From: a virus
Lineage: Duplodnaviria; Caudoviricetes
IMG/VR virus record: IMGVR_UViG_3300027985_001162
Span: 1 to 38,038 of that record
Reading direction: 5' to 3' (one strand)
DNA: 38,038 bases
Shown: piece by piece, positions 1 to 8,811 of the stretch
How the letters are laid out: the number at the start of each line of letters is the position of its first letter
How positions within the stretch are numbered: position 1 is the first letter of the stretch
Notes under the pieces: generated by a model
What the model was told of the DNA's origin: nothing
The model's database searches: none
What the model saw: only the letters and a program-made list of their open reading frames with translations
Program-made: the position numbers and the translations under genes

Positions 1-133
1 TTAATCAGCCATTGTCCCTTGAATCATACAACGTAAATTCGCGTCTTTCAAAATACGCAGAATGATCCAGGACGAGCATAAAAATGCCTACTTTAAGTTT
101 TTTTTTGTGGGGTGGCCTGTCTGTAATTCCTTT

Positions 134-268
134 GAGCACAACGGTGGCGCTATGAATAGTTGCCGATTGCGGGATGCATACTTGTCCCAATAATATAAAG
201 CTTAATGCGGACTACAAACCTTAAAATTACAACTAAACGGCAATTATTTATTAGCACGTGTTATCGGC
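134..268 (-). repeat. attC-like (integron cassette-type) imperfect palindrome downstream of the interrupted ATPase gene
   Basis: On +: GAGCACAAC-GGTGGCGCTATGAATAGTTGCCG ... CGGCAATTATTTATTAGCACGT-GTTATCGGC. AAC/GTT core triplets, imperfect arms, ~135 bp, located just after the stop codon at 278. Confidence 0.7.
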
Positions 269-277
269 TTTTATATC

Positions 278-601
278 TTAGTTTCTAAATAATGGAAAAA
301 AAATAGACTTCAATTTTCCTTCCCCAGCATTATTATCATAGTTTGATTTAACCAAAAAATCGAAAAGCGACCTTCTTATCATATCAGGATGATTATTAGT
401 CTTGGTTACAATGTTTTCAACAATTATTTTCACTCTTCCCTTACAGTTATTTCTAAGCTGCCCATTAAATTTACTTAACTCTAATTCTTCTGCTTTAGAA
501 AGAGTTTGTTTACTTCTTAGTGCATTTATATTTGTATTAATAATGTTAAATTTGCTAATACTTTCTTTATACTCACTACTATTATATATCAAATTGAATA
601 T
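278..601 (-). pseudogene. 3' fragment (~107 codons) of host ABC-ATPase/TOPRIM gene split by the prophage
   Basis: Very AT-rich like 36533-37837 and on the same strand. Joins that ORF in frame at a duplicated ATAT (598-601 / 36535-36538), giving ...NQSLDF-I-FNLIYNSSEY... Confidence 0.75.
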
Positions 602-651
602 AATTGGCAAATCGAATCCTGTAAATTTTCCTGAACGAATCCTGTAAATTT
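602..651 (+). repeat. Left prophage end with two putative transposase-binding sites
   Basis: CGAATCCTGTAAATTT at 613-628 and 636-651 (23-bp spacing); inverted counterparts at the right end. Confidence 0.75.
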
Positions 652-763
652 GTGCATTATGTTCATAGTACATTTTTTCTACTTTCCGCATACCTTTGGT
701 CATAAATTAGGGTACATCTGCGCTTATGCGAAATATACCCTACTAAACAATAAGTAAATGCTT

Positions 764-1495
764 TTATTCCAATCGTACTACACCAATGACTATTGCTAGC
801 CCGGTTATCTCAGTCTTAGGGATTTCAAACGGCTCATAGTCTTTGTTGTCTGAGACTGCAAGGTAGTAATCCTCATTGCTGCTCTTCTTAAGCCGTTTTA
901 TTAGTATTCCCTGTTCGGTGGTGGCTATAACATGTACTTTGTTCCACTGGATGAATTGACTCTCTCTTATGATACGACAAGCCACAACATCACCACTATT
1001 GTATTTTGGATACATACTACTGCCTTTTACACGGATCATAAAATCAGTATTAATAAAATCAGGTATTTCATAGAAGCTTTGTATATCCTGCTCTTTTATG
1101 GCAAACTCCATATTACCAAAGCCACCAATGGCCTCTAATGTTACTAAAGGAATTCCTTTTTTAAGTTTGTCAGGTGTAGTTTTAATGGCCTCATAGGCCA
1201 CAGCAGATTCTGATGCTAAAAAATTAGAATTTTTTTCCTCTTGTTCAGAATACAGCATTTCACCCTCGCCCAGCAATAGCCATCTACCTCTAAGATTTTG
1301 GTAAAAGTCTAATATCTTGGCTATTTTATCTGAGCCCACCGCGCGATCAATGTCTTTGGGGTCGAATATACCCTTCTTCATCCCTGTAACCTCCATAAAT
1401 AAAGTGCGTCCACCTCCCACAGTGTCGGCGAAATAGATGATTCTTTTTCGAACAGTGTCTAAAAAATTAGATTTTTCTTCACTATTTTCTTGCAT
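764..1495 (-). CDS. CI-like phage repressor with S24 peptidase domain
   Basis: N-terminal HTH-like region ending WLLLGEGEM; C-terminal RVKGSSMYP, LIKRL and SDNKDYEP motifs; divergent from early operon. Confidence 0.9.
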   Translation of the reverse strand: MQENSEEKSNFLDTVRKRIIYFADTVGGGRTLFMEVTGMKKGIFDPKDIDRAVGSDKIAKILDFYQNLRGRWLLLGEGEMLYSEQEEKNSNFLASESAVAYEAIKTTPDKLKKGIPLVTLEAIGGFGNMEFAIKEQDIQSFYEIPDFINTDFMIRVKGSSMYPKYNSGDVVACRIIRESQFIQWNKVHVIATTEQGILIKRLKKSSNEDYYLAVSDNKDYEPFEIPKTEITGLAIVIGVVRLE

Positions 1496-1543
1496 AAGTC
1501 TAAAATATTAGATTATATTTGTCACATGTACAACACAAATATA
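1490..1543. promoter_or_regulatory. Face-to-face Bacteroidota-type promoters (early lytic on +, repressor on -) with operator
   Basis: + strand TTG(1490-92)-N21-TATATTTG(1514-21); - strand TATATTTG at 1536-43; palindrome TCTAA-N4-TTAGA at 1499-1512 and 1458-1471. Confidence 0.7.
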
Positions 1544-1549
1544 TCAAAA

Positions 1550-1771
1550 ATGATAACTGCACAAATAATTAATCAGGAAGCCTATGAGCTTGGTAAGAAT
1601 ATTACCACGACTGATAGAATCCTAATTCAAAATAAATTAGGTGTCAAGGAGAATATAGTAAATGTTGTGCTTAGTGGCAAGCGTAAAGCTGAAAGAGGTC
1701 AGTCTAAGGATATCTTAGACTTAGCTCGTAAAATTGCTAAGATCAACCAACTTAAAGTAGATATTCTTTAG
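1550..1771 (+). CDS. Ner/Cro-like small DNA-binding protein
   Basis: 73 aa from ATG 1550, downstream of the predicted promoter; HTH-like IQNKLGVKENIVNVVLSGKR; lies between repressor and transposase. Confidence 0.7.
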   Translation: MITAQIINQEAYELGKNITTTDRILIQNKLGVKENIVNVVLSGKRKAERGQSKDILDLARKIAKINQLKVDIL

Positions 1772-1799
1772 ACAAAAGTAATTCAACTAATCCATAATC

Positions 1800-3887
1800 A
1801 TGCCTATTTACCACAACAATATACTATCTATCACACGCAAAGAGCTTGAAACCTGTGGTGTGTCTGTCTCTTATGTTGACCGTGCACTAGCAGGACAACG
1901 TAAAGGTGAGGTATATTGTTGGGAGCATCACAAGCAAGGCAAGCGAACTTACATTCATTATCATTCACTATTAGATAAATACAAAGCTTTAATCAAAGCG
2001 GTATTATGTGAAGGTTTGGAGCCTGAATTATGGATTAAGAAACATGAAGAAGAAAAGGCTCAAGCAAATATCGAGCAACTAACCGACCAAATAACAAGTC
2101 TTGTTACTTCTAACCCTAACGAAATTGAAGTGTTATCTAACACAGGCTTATTCACGCCTAGCGAAGTTCATCAGATAGCACGTGCAGCTGCTTGGTTGCG
2201 AATAATCAATGAATTTGATGTAAAGAAAGCTCGCAAATTAGGCTTTAAGAGCATCAAAGATTTTAGACAAGAAGTATTTAAACGCTGTTTAAATGAGCAA
2301 ACAGCCACCCCTCCTTTAGTAAAATTCAAAAAGGGAGTTGTAACGAGTGTTAGATGGTTGGTTGAGAAACTTGCTGTTTCATACAAAGAAGATGGTATTT
2401 CATGCTTAATCCACGGTGGCATGGGTAATGTTAACCGTGAAAAGAAAGATCAACAGATAAACGCTAAGCTTATCCAGTTGGCTTCTGAGCCTGTAAAATA
2501 TTCTTGGGAAGATTTATCGTTAATGTATAACGATTGGGCCGAAGCTTTCGGCAAAGAAATGTTAACCACATCAACGATTAAACAGCATTTAAACACGCCT
2601 AAAATCAAAAAGGTGTGGTATTACGCACGTCATGGAAAGCATGCAGCGGATAACGAATTACAACCGCTTATCAATCGGGAAACACCATCATTCCCTGATG
2701 CACTTTGGTCTATTGATGGTACTACCATGCAGTTGTACTACTTAGACGAAAACGGCAAGATTAAAAGCGACTTATACGCCTACTTCGTTACCGATGCAAA
2801 CAGCGGTGCAATATTAGGTTATTCAGTAGCATTTGCCGAAAACAGTGGTATGGTAGAAGATGCGCTTCGTAATGCCATTATTACATACGAGAACAAACCG
2901 TTCCAAATACAGTACGATAATTCATCAGCCAACATTTCTTATACCGTTCAGCACTTAATGAGCAACATGAGCCGTGTTCACTTTCCTTGTGAACCATACA
3001 AAGGCCGTTCGAAATACGTTGAGAGCATCATCGGACACTTTCAGCAGCGTGAATTGCGCAAACTTCCAAACTTCAAAGGGGGAAACATTACAACTAAACA
3101 CCTTAACTCTAAGGCTAATCCGGAACTATTAGCATTCTACAAGAAAAATCCGGAGAAATTACCTAATCGTGAGGGAGTATTAGAGCAGTTTCACAAGTCG
3201 GTGAAAGTATTCAATAACAGAGGTGAGAAACGTGACCAATACGGCCGTTTTTATGGCTCGAGTAAACTAGACCGTTACACTACAATCGAACACGAGAAAC
3301 GTGAGAAACTAAACTACTTCGACCGCTTAAGCTTGTTTATGATCGAACAGCGTGACCCGTACCCATATACAACAGACGGTATCAAACTAAGCATCAAAGG
3401 AAAGAACAATGATAAAGCTTATCACTTCATTGTTCCAGACGGTGATGGTATTGGAGACTTTATTTTCTCTAACGAGAACCTTGGGAACAAATTTAAAGTG
3501 CGCATCGATAAGGATAACCCGGACATGATTGCACTTTACAAAGAAAGCGGATCAGGCGATAAGAAGAAAAGCGTATTTGTCGACTTCGCTTACAACAAAG
3601 AACGCTATGCAGCTTGTGTGGCCGACATGAAAGAAGGTAAGAACGCAAAGTATGTGCTATTCAAACAGAAGCAAGAAGAATGGGGACAAGATTACTCTGT
3701 TCGTGAGTTAGAAAAACAAATGATCACGCTTGGTGAAATGCAAGCAACCGGAACTGAAGGTTTTGGTTGGTGGGATTCAGATAAGATTGCTACCAACGCT
3801 AACGAAGCAGAACAGGAAGATGTTGCGAACGGCATGAGTGACGGTTACAGCGAACGACAACGCAAAATATTAAACATAGGGAAATAA
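1800..3887 (+). CDS. Mu-type DDE transposase (MuA-like)
   Basis: 695 aa; WSIDGT, IQYDN and KYVES catalytic motifs; followed by an ATPase. Confidence 0.9.
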   Translation: MPIYHNNILSITRKELETCGVSVSYVDRALAGQRKGEVYCWEHHKQGKRTYIHYHSLLDKYKALIKAVLCEGLEPELWIKKHEEEKAQANIEQLTDQITSLVTSNPNEIEVLSNTGLFTPSEVHQIARAAAWLRIINEFDVKKARKLGFKSIKDFRQEVFKRCLNEQTATPPLVKFKKGVVTSVRWLVEKLAVSYKEDGISCLIHGGMGNVNREKKDQQINAKLIQLASEPVKYSWEDLSLMYNDWAEAFGKEMLTTSTIKQHLNTPKIKKVWYYARHGKHAADNELQPLINRETPSFPDALWSIDGTTMQLYYLDENGKIKSDLYAYFVTDANSGAILGYSVAFAENSGMVEDALRNAIITYENKPFQIQYDNSSANISYTVQHLMSNMSRVHFPCEPYKGRSKYVESIIGHFQQRELRKLPNFKGGNITTKHLNSKANPELLAFYKKNPEKLPNREGVLEQFHKSVKVFNNRGEKRDQYGRFYGSSKLDRYTTIEHEKREKLNYFDRLSLFMIEQRDPYPYTTDGIKLSIKGKNNDKAYHFIVPDGDGIGDFIFSNENLGNKFKVRIDKDNPDMIALYKESGSGDKKKSVFVDFAYNKERYAACVADMKEGKNAKYVLFKQKQEEWGQDYSVRELEKQMITLGEMQATGTEGFGWWDSDKIATNANEAEQEDVANGMSDGYSERQRKILNIGK

Positions 3888-3950
3888 AAAAAGGCGCACC
3901 GCTAACCACAACTGTACGCCTAATTATTAATAACAATCTAAAACAAAAGT

Positions 3951-4886
3951 ATGAAAGATTACACATTAGAGCAAAAAAGGGAGCTGAGGGATAAGATTAT
4001 TACCCTTCAGGAAGCTTCGGGATTGTCGGGCAATAACTTTGCTGTACAACGTTTAGGCTTTTCAAATGGGTCTAAATTCAGCCACATCCGAAACAATTGG
4101 GATAAACCTGGAATGGTTGGACTGGAGACTTGGGAAGTTATAGAGAAGTATGTATCGCAATCAGAAGATTACACAGGTATACCTACCGCTAACCTTAAAA
4201 AGGTTTGGGAAACATGCGAACGTGCCTATTCTCTTAAAAAAGCAATGGCCGTAATTGGTGAAGGTGGCTTTGGAAAAACATTTGCCTTAGAGAAGTACAA
4301 GCAGCACATCGAAAGAGAAAAGCGTTTTCAGGTAGTTTATTTTGATGCATCTATGGTGAAAACCAACAAGCAGTTTGTTGTTGGCTTGATGCAAGCTTTA
4401 GACTGTCACAAACCAGGCACAATGGCAGCACAGTTAATGGAAATGCGCTCGGTAGTTACCAAACGTGATATTCTTATTTGCATTGATGAAGTCAGTAGCT
4501 TAGAGAGCCACAACATCACCATTATTAAAGATGTTATGACAGCCTTTAAAGACTTATGCGGTATCGTCTTTGCAGGAACTCCTTACTTCATCAACAATTT
4601 AAACCGTGGCGCAATTCGCGACCGTCACCTATTTAGTGAGACACGCGACCGCCTGTTTATGCTACCCGAGCAGCTACAGAAACCAACCGAAGAGGAAGCA
4701 CTAGCCATATTTAAAGCAAATGGTATTGTAGACAATGAAGAGCTTGAGATTGTAATGGGGCGCAAACCTGAGTTTAAAACTCACTCTTGGTTGGCTAAGC
4801 GCACATTCAGAGGTATTAAAGACTGCATCGACATGATTAAAATGACAAACATCCCAGCAATAAACTACGACAACATACAACTATGA
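3951..4886 (+). CDS. MuB-like AAA+ transposition ATPase
   Basis: Walker A GEGGFGKT, Walker B ICIDE, GIVFAGT; directly after the transposase. Confidence 0.9.
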   Translation: MKDYTLEQKRELRDKIITLQEASGLSGNNFAVQRLGFSNGSKFSHIRNNWDKPGMVGLETWEVIEKYVSQSEDYTGIPTANLKKVWETCERAYSLKKAMAVIGEGGFGKTFALEKYKQHIEREKRFQVVYFDASMVKTNKQFVVGLMQALDCHKPGTMAAQLMEMRSVVTKRDILICIDEVSSLESHNITIIKDVMTAFKDLCGIVFAGTPYFINNLNRGAIRDRHLFSETRDRLFMLPEQLQKPTEEEALAIFKANGIVDNEELEIVMGRKPEFKTHSWLAKRTFRGIKDCIDMIKMTNIPAINYDNIQL

Positions 4887-5104
4887 AAAACACAACATTC
4901 ACAAACCAAACAATTGAAGTATGCAGAACCTGTGGCGGAGAAGGTGCATTACTAGAATTTTCAGCCACAATACTTAAAGACGTGGTATGCCCAACCTGCA
5001 AAGGTGAAGGCATGGTAACAGTAATCAGAAAAATTGAAGTCACTATTCTTCCCAAATCAGCTCACAAATCTAAGACATTAACACTGGAAGCAGCCGAAAA
5101 TTAA
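4883..5104 (+). CDS. Small DnaJ-type zinc-finger protein
   Basis: Two CxxCxGxG motifs (CRTCGGEG, CPTCKGEG); ATGA overlap with upstream gene. Confidence 0.75.
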   Translation: MKNTTFTNQTIEVCRTCGGEGALLEFSATILKDVVCPTCKGEGMVTVIRKIEVTILPKSAHKSKTLTLEAAEN

Positions 5105-5125
5105 TAACACATAATTAGTTAAATC

Positions 5126-5800
5126 ATGAGCATAGAAAACAAAACTGTAGGAGAGCTAACACCCGAGGAACTTGAGGTGTTGTTAGAACAAAAGCGAAAA
5201 GAGAAAGCTGCCGAACGCTTAAAAGCCAAAGAGAAGTACGAAACCGGACGTAATACATTCGTTACTCAATTAGTAGCTGAAGCTAAAGAACTGGAACAGC
5301 TATTAATTGCCTTTAAAACAAAGTGCTTCATCGGCTTTGAAGAATTTAGAGAACAGGCTAACCGATATGGCGACATCAGAACCAACAGTAAAGGTGGTTT
5401 CAGTTTACGAAACAACGAGACAGGTGCAATGGCACGTTTAGAACGCAACAAGGTGATCGAGAACGATGAGCGTTTGGATATGGCCATCCCTCTAATTAAC
5501 GAGTTCTTAGAAGATACGGTGAAAAAGCGCAGCCTTGCAGACTACAAATTCATCGCTGCATTAATGGCAAAGAATAAGAAGGGTGACTTCTCTAGGGCTA
5601 GTTTAAACATCCTTATCTCGCAGAAAACAAACTACGAAGATAATCGTTGGGTTCGTGCCATTGAGTTAATCGAAGAGAGCTTTGTAGAACGTGGCATTAG
5701 CTACTCCATAAGCTTCTTTGAGAAAGATGATACTGACAAGGATAAAGCAATTTCGCTGAATTTCTCAGCTCTTAAAGTTGAATTACCAACTAGCAATTAA
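5126..5800 (+). CDS. DUF3164-like early phage protein (Gam position)
   Basis: N-terminal coiled coil; C-terminal DNRWVRAIELIEES and ISLNFS pattern typical of DUF3164; synteny after MuB. Confidence 0.7.
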   Translation: MSIENKTVGELTPEELEVLLEQKRKEKAAERLKAKEKYETGRNTFVTQLVAEAKELEQLLIAFKTKCFIGFEEFREQANRYGDIRTNSKGGFSLRNNETGAMARLERNKVIENDERLDMAIPLINEFLEDTVKKRSLADYKFIAALMAKNKKGDFSRASLNILISQKTNYEDNRWVRAIELIEESFVERGISYSISFFEKDDTDKDKAISLNFSALKVELPTSN

Positions 5801-5830
5801 ACACCATTTAAACCTTTAACAAACACAATA

Positions 5831-6310
5831 ATGAACAACTTATTTGAGTGCAAAGTAAAGTACCACAAGATAGACGAGGCTTCGGGGCAACAAAAGAAAG
5901 TATCTGAAACCTACCTTTTAGATGCAGTTTCATTCACCGAAGCTGAAGCTCGTATTCATAAAGAAATGGAGCAAATAATAAGCGGTGAGTTCACTGTTAC
6001 CAATGTTCGCAAAGCAAACTACACCGAAATCTTCGACAATGAAGATGGCGACCGATGGTTTAAGTGTAAAGTGTCCTTTTTAGCTATTGATGCCATTAGC
6101 GGAAAGGAACGCAAAGCGACCTCGCAAATATTAGTGAAAACTAATGACATTAAAAAAGCCTACGACAACATCATGGACGGAATGAATGGAATGACCATTG
6201 ATTTTGAGATCAATGCCATTGCTGAGAGCCCAATACTAGACTTCTTTAGTTTCGACCTTGAGGAAGCTGCCAAAAACATGGTAGATAAAACAAAAGCCTA
6301 CAAAGAATAA
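5831..6310 (+). CDS. DUF4494-like protein
   Basis: FECKVKY, YLLDAVSFTEAEARI and RWFKCKV motifs. Confidence 0.8.
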   Translation: MNNLFECKVKYHKIDEASGQQKKVSETYLLDAVSFTEAEARIHKEMEQIISGEFTVTNVRKANYTEIFDNEDGDRWFKCKVSFLAIDAISGKERKATSQILVKTNDIKKAYDNIMDGMNGMTIDFEINAIAESPILDFFSFDLEEAAKNMVDKTKAYKE

Positions 6311-6313
6311 TCC

Positions 6314-6353
6314 TCCTGAATGGTTCTCGGGTGGTTCGATTCCACCCACAGGA
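6314..6353 (+). ncRNA. tRNA-like minihelix (T-arm plus acceptor-like stem), not a full tRNA
   Basis: GGGTGG-TTCGATT-CCACCC T-arm closed by TCCTG/CAGGA; no anticodon arm. Confidence 0.45.
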
Positions 6354-6395
6354 ACAATGCATACGCATTTAAACACTATTTAAACAATCATTATC

Positions 6396-7091
6396 ATGTC
6401 TCAAAAAGTTATAAAACTACTAGACTTATGCTGTAAAGCCGGGGGTTGTTCTATGGGTTACCATAAAGCTGCTTTGGATTTAGGTTATAAAATAGAGATA
6501 ACAGGCATTGATATTGAGCCACAAGCAAATTATCCGTTTGAGTTTGTCCAGGCTGATGCAGTTGAGTTTCTTAAAAGCAATTGGCAAGACTACACACATT
6601 TGCATGCTTCACCACCTTGTCAGGAGTACAGTGTTTCAACTGCTCATTTAAGACAAAAAGTGAAAATTTATCGTGATAACCTGGATGAACTTCGTGAATT
6701 AATGCAAAAGACAGGTTTGCCAGGTGTTATTGAAAATGTGCCAAATGCACCCTTACGACCAGATATTGTATTACGTGGTGATATGTTTGGATTAAAAGTA
6801 TTACGCAAACGTCATTTTGAACTAGTGAATTGGTGGGCAATGAACCCTGTTATGCCAAAGAAAAATGGTTCTGTTGCCGAAGGTGATTATGTTTCCGTTT
6901 ATGGCAAATGTGGGATTAAGAAGTCAGGTAAGGGAAAGGCTGTTCAGCCAAAGTTTAAGAAGCGTACAATCAAAGAAACATGGAAATATGCCATGGGAAT
7001 TGATTGGATTACCAGGGATGAAGAATTAGCCGAAGCAATTCCCCCGGAATACACAAGATTTATTGGTCGTGAATTTTTCAGAACATCATAG
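6396..7091 (+). CDS. Compact C5-cytosine DNA methyltransferase
   Basis: Motif I LLDLCCKAGG, motif IV HASPPCQ, motif VI IENV, RKRHF, terminal EAIPPEYT. Confidence 0.85.
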   Translation: MSQKVIKLLDLCCKAGGCSMGYHKAALDLGYKIEITGIDIEPQANYPFEFVQADAVEFLKSNWQDYTHLHASPPCQEYSVSTAHLRQKVKIYRDNLDELRELMQKTGLPGVIENVPNAPLRPDIVLRGDMFGLKVLRKRHFELVNWWAMNPVMPKKNGSVAEGDYVSVYGKCGIKKSGKGKAVQPKFKKRTIKETWKYAMGIDWITRDEELAEAIPPEYTRFIGREFFRTS

Positions 7092-7113
7092 ATATTAACC
7101 AAAAACAAACAAT

Positions 7114-7266
7114 ATGGAATGGTACGATTATTTCACACTAGCAGGATGCTTTGGAGTGATTGGGTTCATCGTTTGGGGCAGCATTAACGCCCTTAGAAAA
7201 GAAGAAACCAAGAGCACACAAACACAAAAACTATCTAGCTACGACAAACGCATCGAAAACAAATAG
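7114..7266 (+). CDS. Small single-TM membrane protein (50 aa, absent from ORF track)
   Basis: MEWYDYFTLAGCFGVIGFIVWGSINALRKEE...; A-rich leader; stop 4 nt before the next ATG. Confidence 0.65.
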   Translation: MEWYDYFTLAGCFGVIGFIVWGSINALRKEETKSTQTQKLSSYDKRIENK

Positions 7267-7270
7267 CCTT

Positions 7271-7783
7271 ATGACAGCATTTCTAACCATCAAACAAAAA
7301 CGGCAGCGTTATCACCGTCTATTGTTAGCATTGGGCGAAGCACGTCACAAAGAAGTGATTGTAGAGGCTCAATTTGGCGTAACAAGCACCACCGATTTAA
7401 ACGAACAGCAGCTAGATTCTTTAATTGCAGATGCACAGCAGCGTTTAAATCGGCTTAAGACTCCAAAGCCTAACAATGCACCAAGCGAAGCCGAACAGAA
7501 GCTGCTACGCACATGGCGCAACAAGTGCCTTTTAGTTCTTAATGAGCGAGGCATTACAGCCACACCCAAAGACTGGTCGCCTGTAAATAACGAGCTTGCT
7601 AAGAAGCAATATCAATGGATATTGAGCGAAAGCCAACTGCAGAAAGGCATGGTTAACCGTAAAGGCCTGTGGGCATTTAAAACGGTAGACGATCTGAAGA
7701 AGCTCTTTAAACAGCTTGCTTCCATCCGCGATAAGCAAGAGGTGAGAGATCAAAAATTGAAAGATTTATCAGTTAAAAATTAA
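7271..7783 (+). CDS. GemA/gp16-like early protein
   Basis: RYHRLLLAL and FGVTSTTDLNEQQLDSLI resemble the GemA (DUF1018) N-terminus; start moved to ATG 7271. Confidence 0.55.
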   Translation: MTAFLTIKQKRQRYHRLLLALGEARHKEVIVEAQFGVTSTTDLNEQQLDSLIADAQQRLNRLKTPKPNNAPSEAEQKLLRTWRNKCLLVLNERGITATPKDWSPVNNELAKKQYQWILSESQLQKGMVNRKGLWAFKTVDDLKKLFKQLASIRDKQEVRDQKLKDLSVKN

Positions 7784-7787
7784 GAAT

Positions 7788-8144
7788 ATGACACAAACCG
7801 AAAAAGATGCAAAGTGGATTAAAGCCGAACGCACTAAAATCATTAAGCAAATTAACGCCATTAACTCCATTATTGCAGAACAAACACTACTTCCTGACCA
7901 TGCTGTCAAGTATGAATTTGCTTTAGAACTCGGGACGATTGGAGGCCTCCAACTTAGGATTTACAACAAAGGGGAATGTGAACCAATTGCGAAGTTAGAG
8001 ATTTGGAATTTAGACTACTACTTAATGGGAAGCTCCTTGTACCTTCATAAAGAATCCATGTTAGAAGGAATAAAGGATTTAACCGGGCAGCTTCAAAAGA
8101 TCAAAGCCTTGGCAAAAAAATATGCAAAATTAAACTGTAACTAA
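7788..8144 (+). CDS. Hypothetical phage protein
   Basis: 118-aa ORF tightly packed in the early operon. Confidence 0.7.
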   Translation: MTQTEKDAKWIKAERTKIIKQINAINSIIAEQTLLPDHAVKYEFALELGTIGGLQLRIYNKGECEPIAKLEIWNLDYYLMGSSLYLHKESMLEGIKDLTGQLQKIKALAKKYAKLNCN

Positions 8145-8383
8145 TGGCAAGCATATACACCCAAATAAGCAAACGTATCGGATGGAACGGCTATTGCGCC
8201 ATACCATCAGCAGGCACAGCAGCAGAATTGCTGCATAGTGTAAAATACCATCAGTGCGAAAGTGCATTTGAATTAGCCTTTAAAATTCATCGCTTTGCAC
8301 CATCACCCGAGAACGCACAAGAAACTTTAAGCATGTTTATTATTAACGAAGCCTACACAAAAGGCAAACAAATATTTAATTAA
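8144..8383 (+). CDS. Hypothetical phage protein
   Basis: TAATG coupling to upstream gene. Confidence 0.65.
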   Translation: MASIYTQISKRIGWNGYCAIPSAGTAAELLHSVKYHQCESAFELAFKIHRFAPSPENAQETLSMFIINEAYTKGKQIFN

Positions 8384-8384
8384 G

Positions 8385-8663
8385 ATGATCATCCAGTATA
8401 GCATAACCGTGTTTTTAACACAATTAATATTCATCGGCTTCAGGACATGGAATGTAAAAGCCGTATCAAATAACCACATCCCACAGGTCTTAATTAGTGG
8501 TGTATTCGTAAACCTTGCTTGGTTGGTAAGCATTGCCATTGGAGCGGTAAGTATGATAGAAATCATCAACAACTTTAGGCTTGAGTTTATTCCGGTGGTT
8601 ATTTGCTCCATTACAGGAGGTACTATTGGCAGTTACATTGCTATGAAAGCAAAGAAAAAGTAA
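8385..8663 (+). CDS. Small three-TM membrane protein
   Basis: Three hydrophobic segments, GGTIGSYIAM, basic tail. Confidence 0.7.
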   Translation: MIIQYSITVFLTQLIFIGFRTWNVKAVSNNHIPQVLISGVFVNLAWLVSIAIGAVSMIEIINNFRLEFIPVVICSITGGTIGSYIAMKAKKK

Positions 8664-8667
8664 GAAA

Positions 8668-8802
8668 ATGAAAGCAACATTTAACCACGAATTATGGCAC
8701 GAATGCGAAAAATGCGGTAGCGAGTTCGATCTGCGCATTACTTGCATCTGCCCATGTTGCGGAGAGACCATTAAAATCGAAAGCATTAAACCAAAGGAAT
8801 AA
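8668..8802 (+). CDS. Small zinc-ribbon protein (44 aa, absent from ORF track)
   Basis: MKATFNHELWHECEKCGSEFDLRITCICPCCGETIKIESIKPKE; fills the gap between neighbours exactly. Confidence 0.65.
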   Translation: MKATFNHELWHECEKCGSEFDLRITCICPCCGETIKIESIKPKE

Positions 8803-8811
8803 CAATCTGAA

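Noticed and set aside
5-190. 61-aa ORF
   Set aside because: Non-ATG start inside the attC-like palindrome; no recognisable motif.
589-596. TG at 595 with TCAAAT duplication (also at 36558-63) as a canonical Mu end
   Set aside because: Rejoining is out of frame and the right end would not finish in CA.
278-703. 141-aa ORF as an independent gene
   Set aside because: Chimeric: its first ~34 codons are prophage end repeats and the rest is the host gene's 3' fragment.
6314-6353. Functional tRNA gene or attP/attL remnant
   Set aside because: No anticodon arm or full D-arm; no integrase; internal to the early operon.
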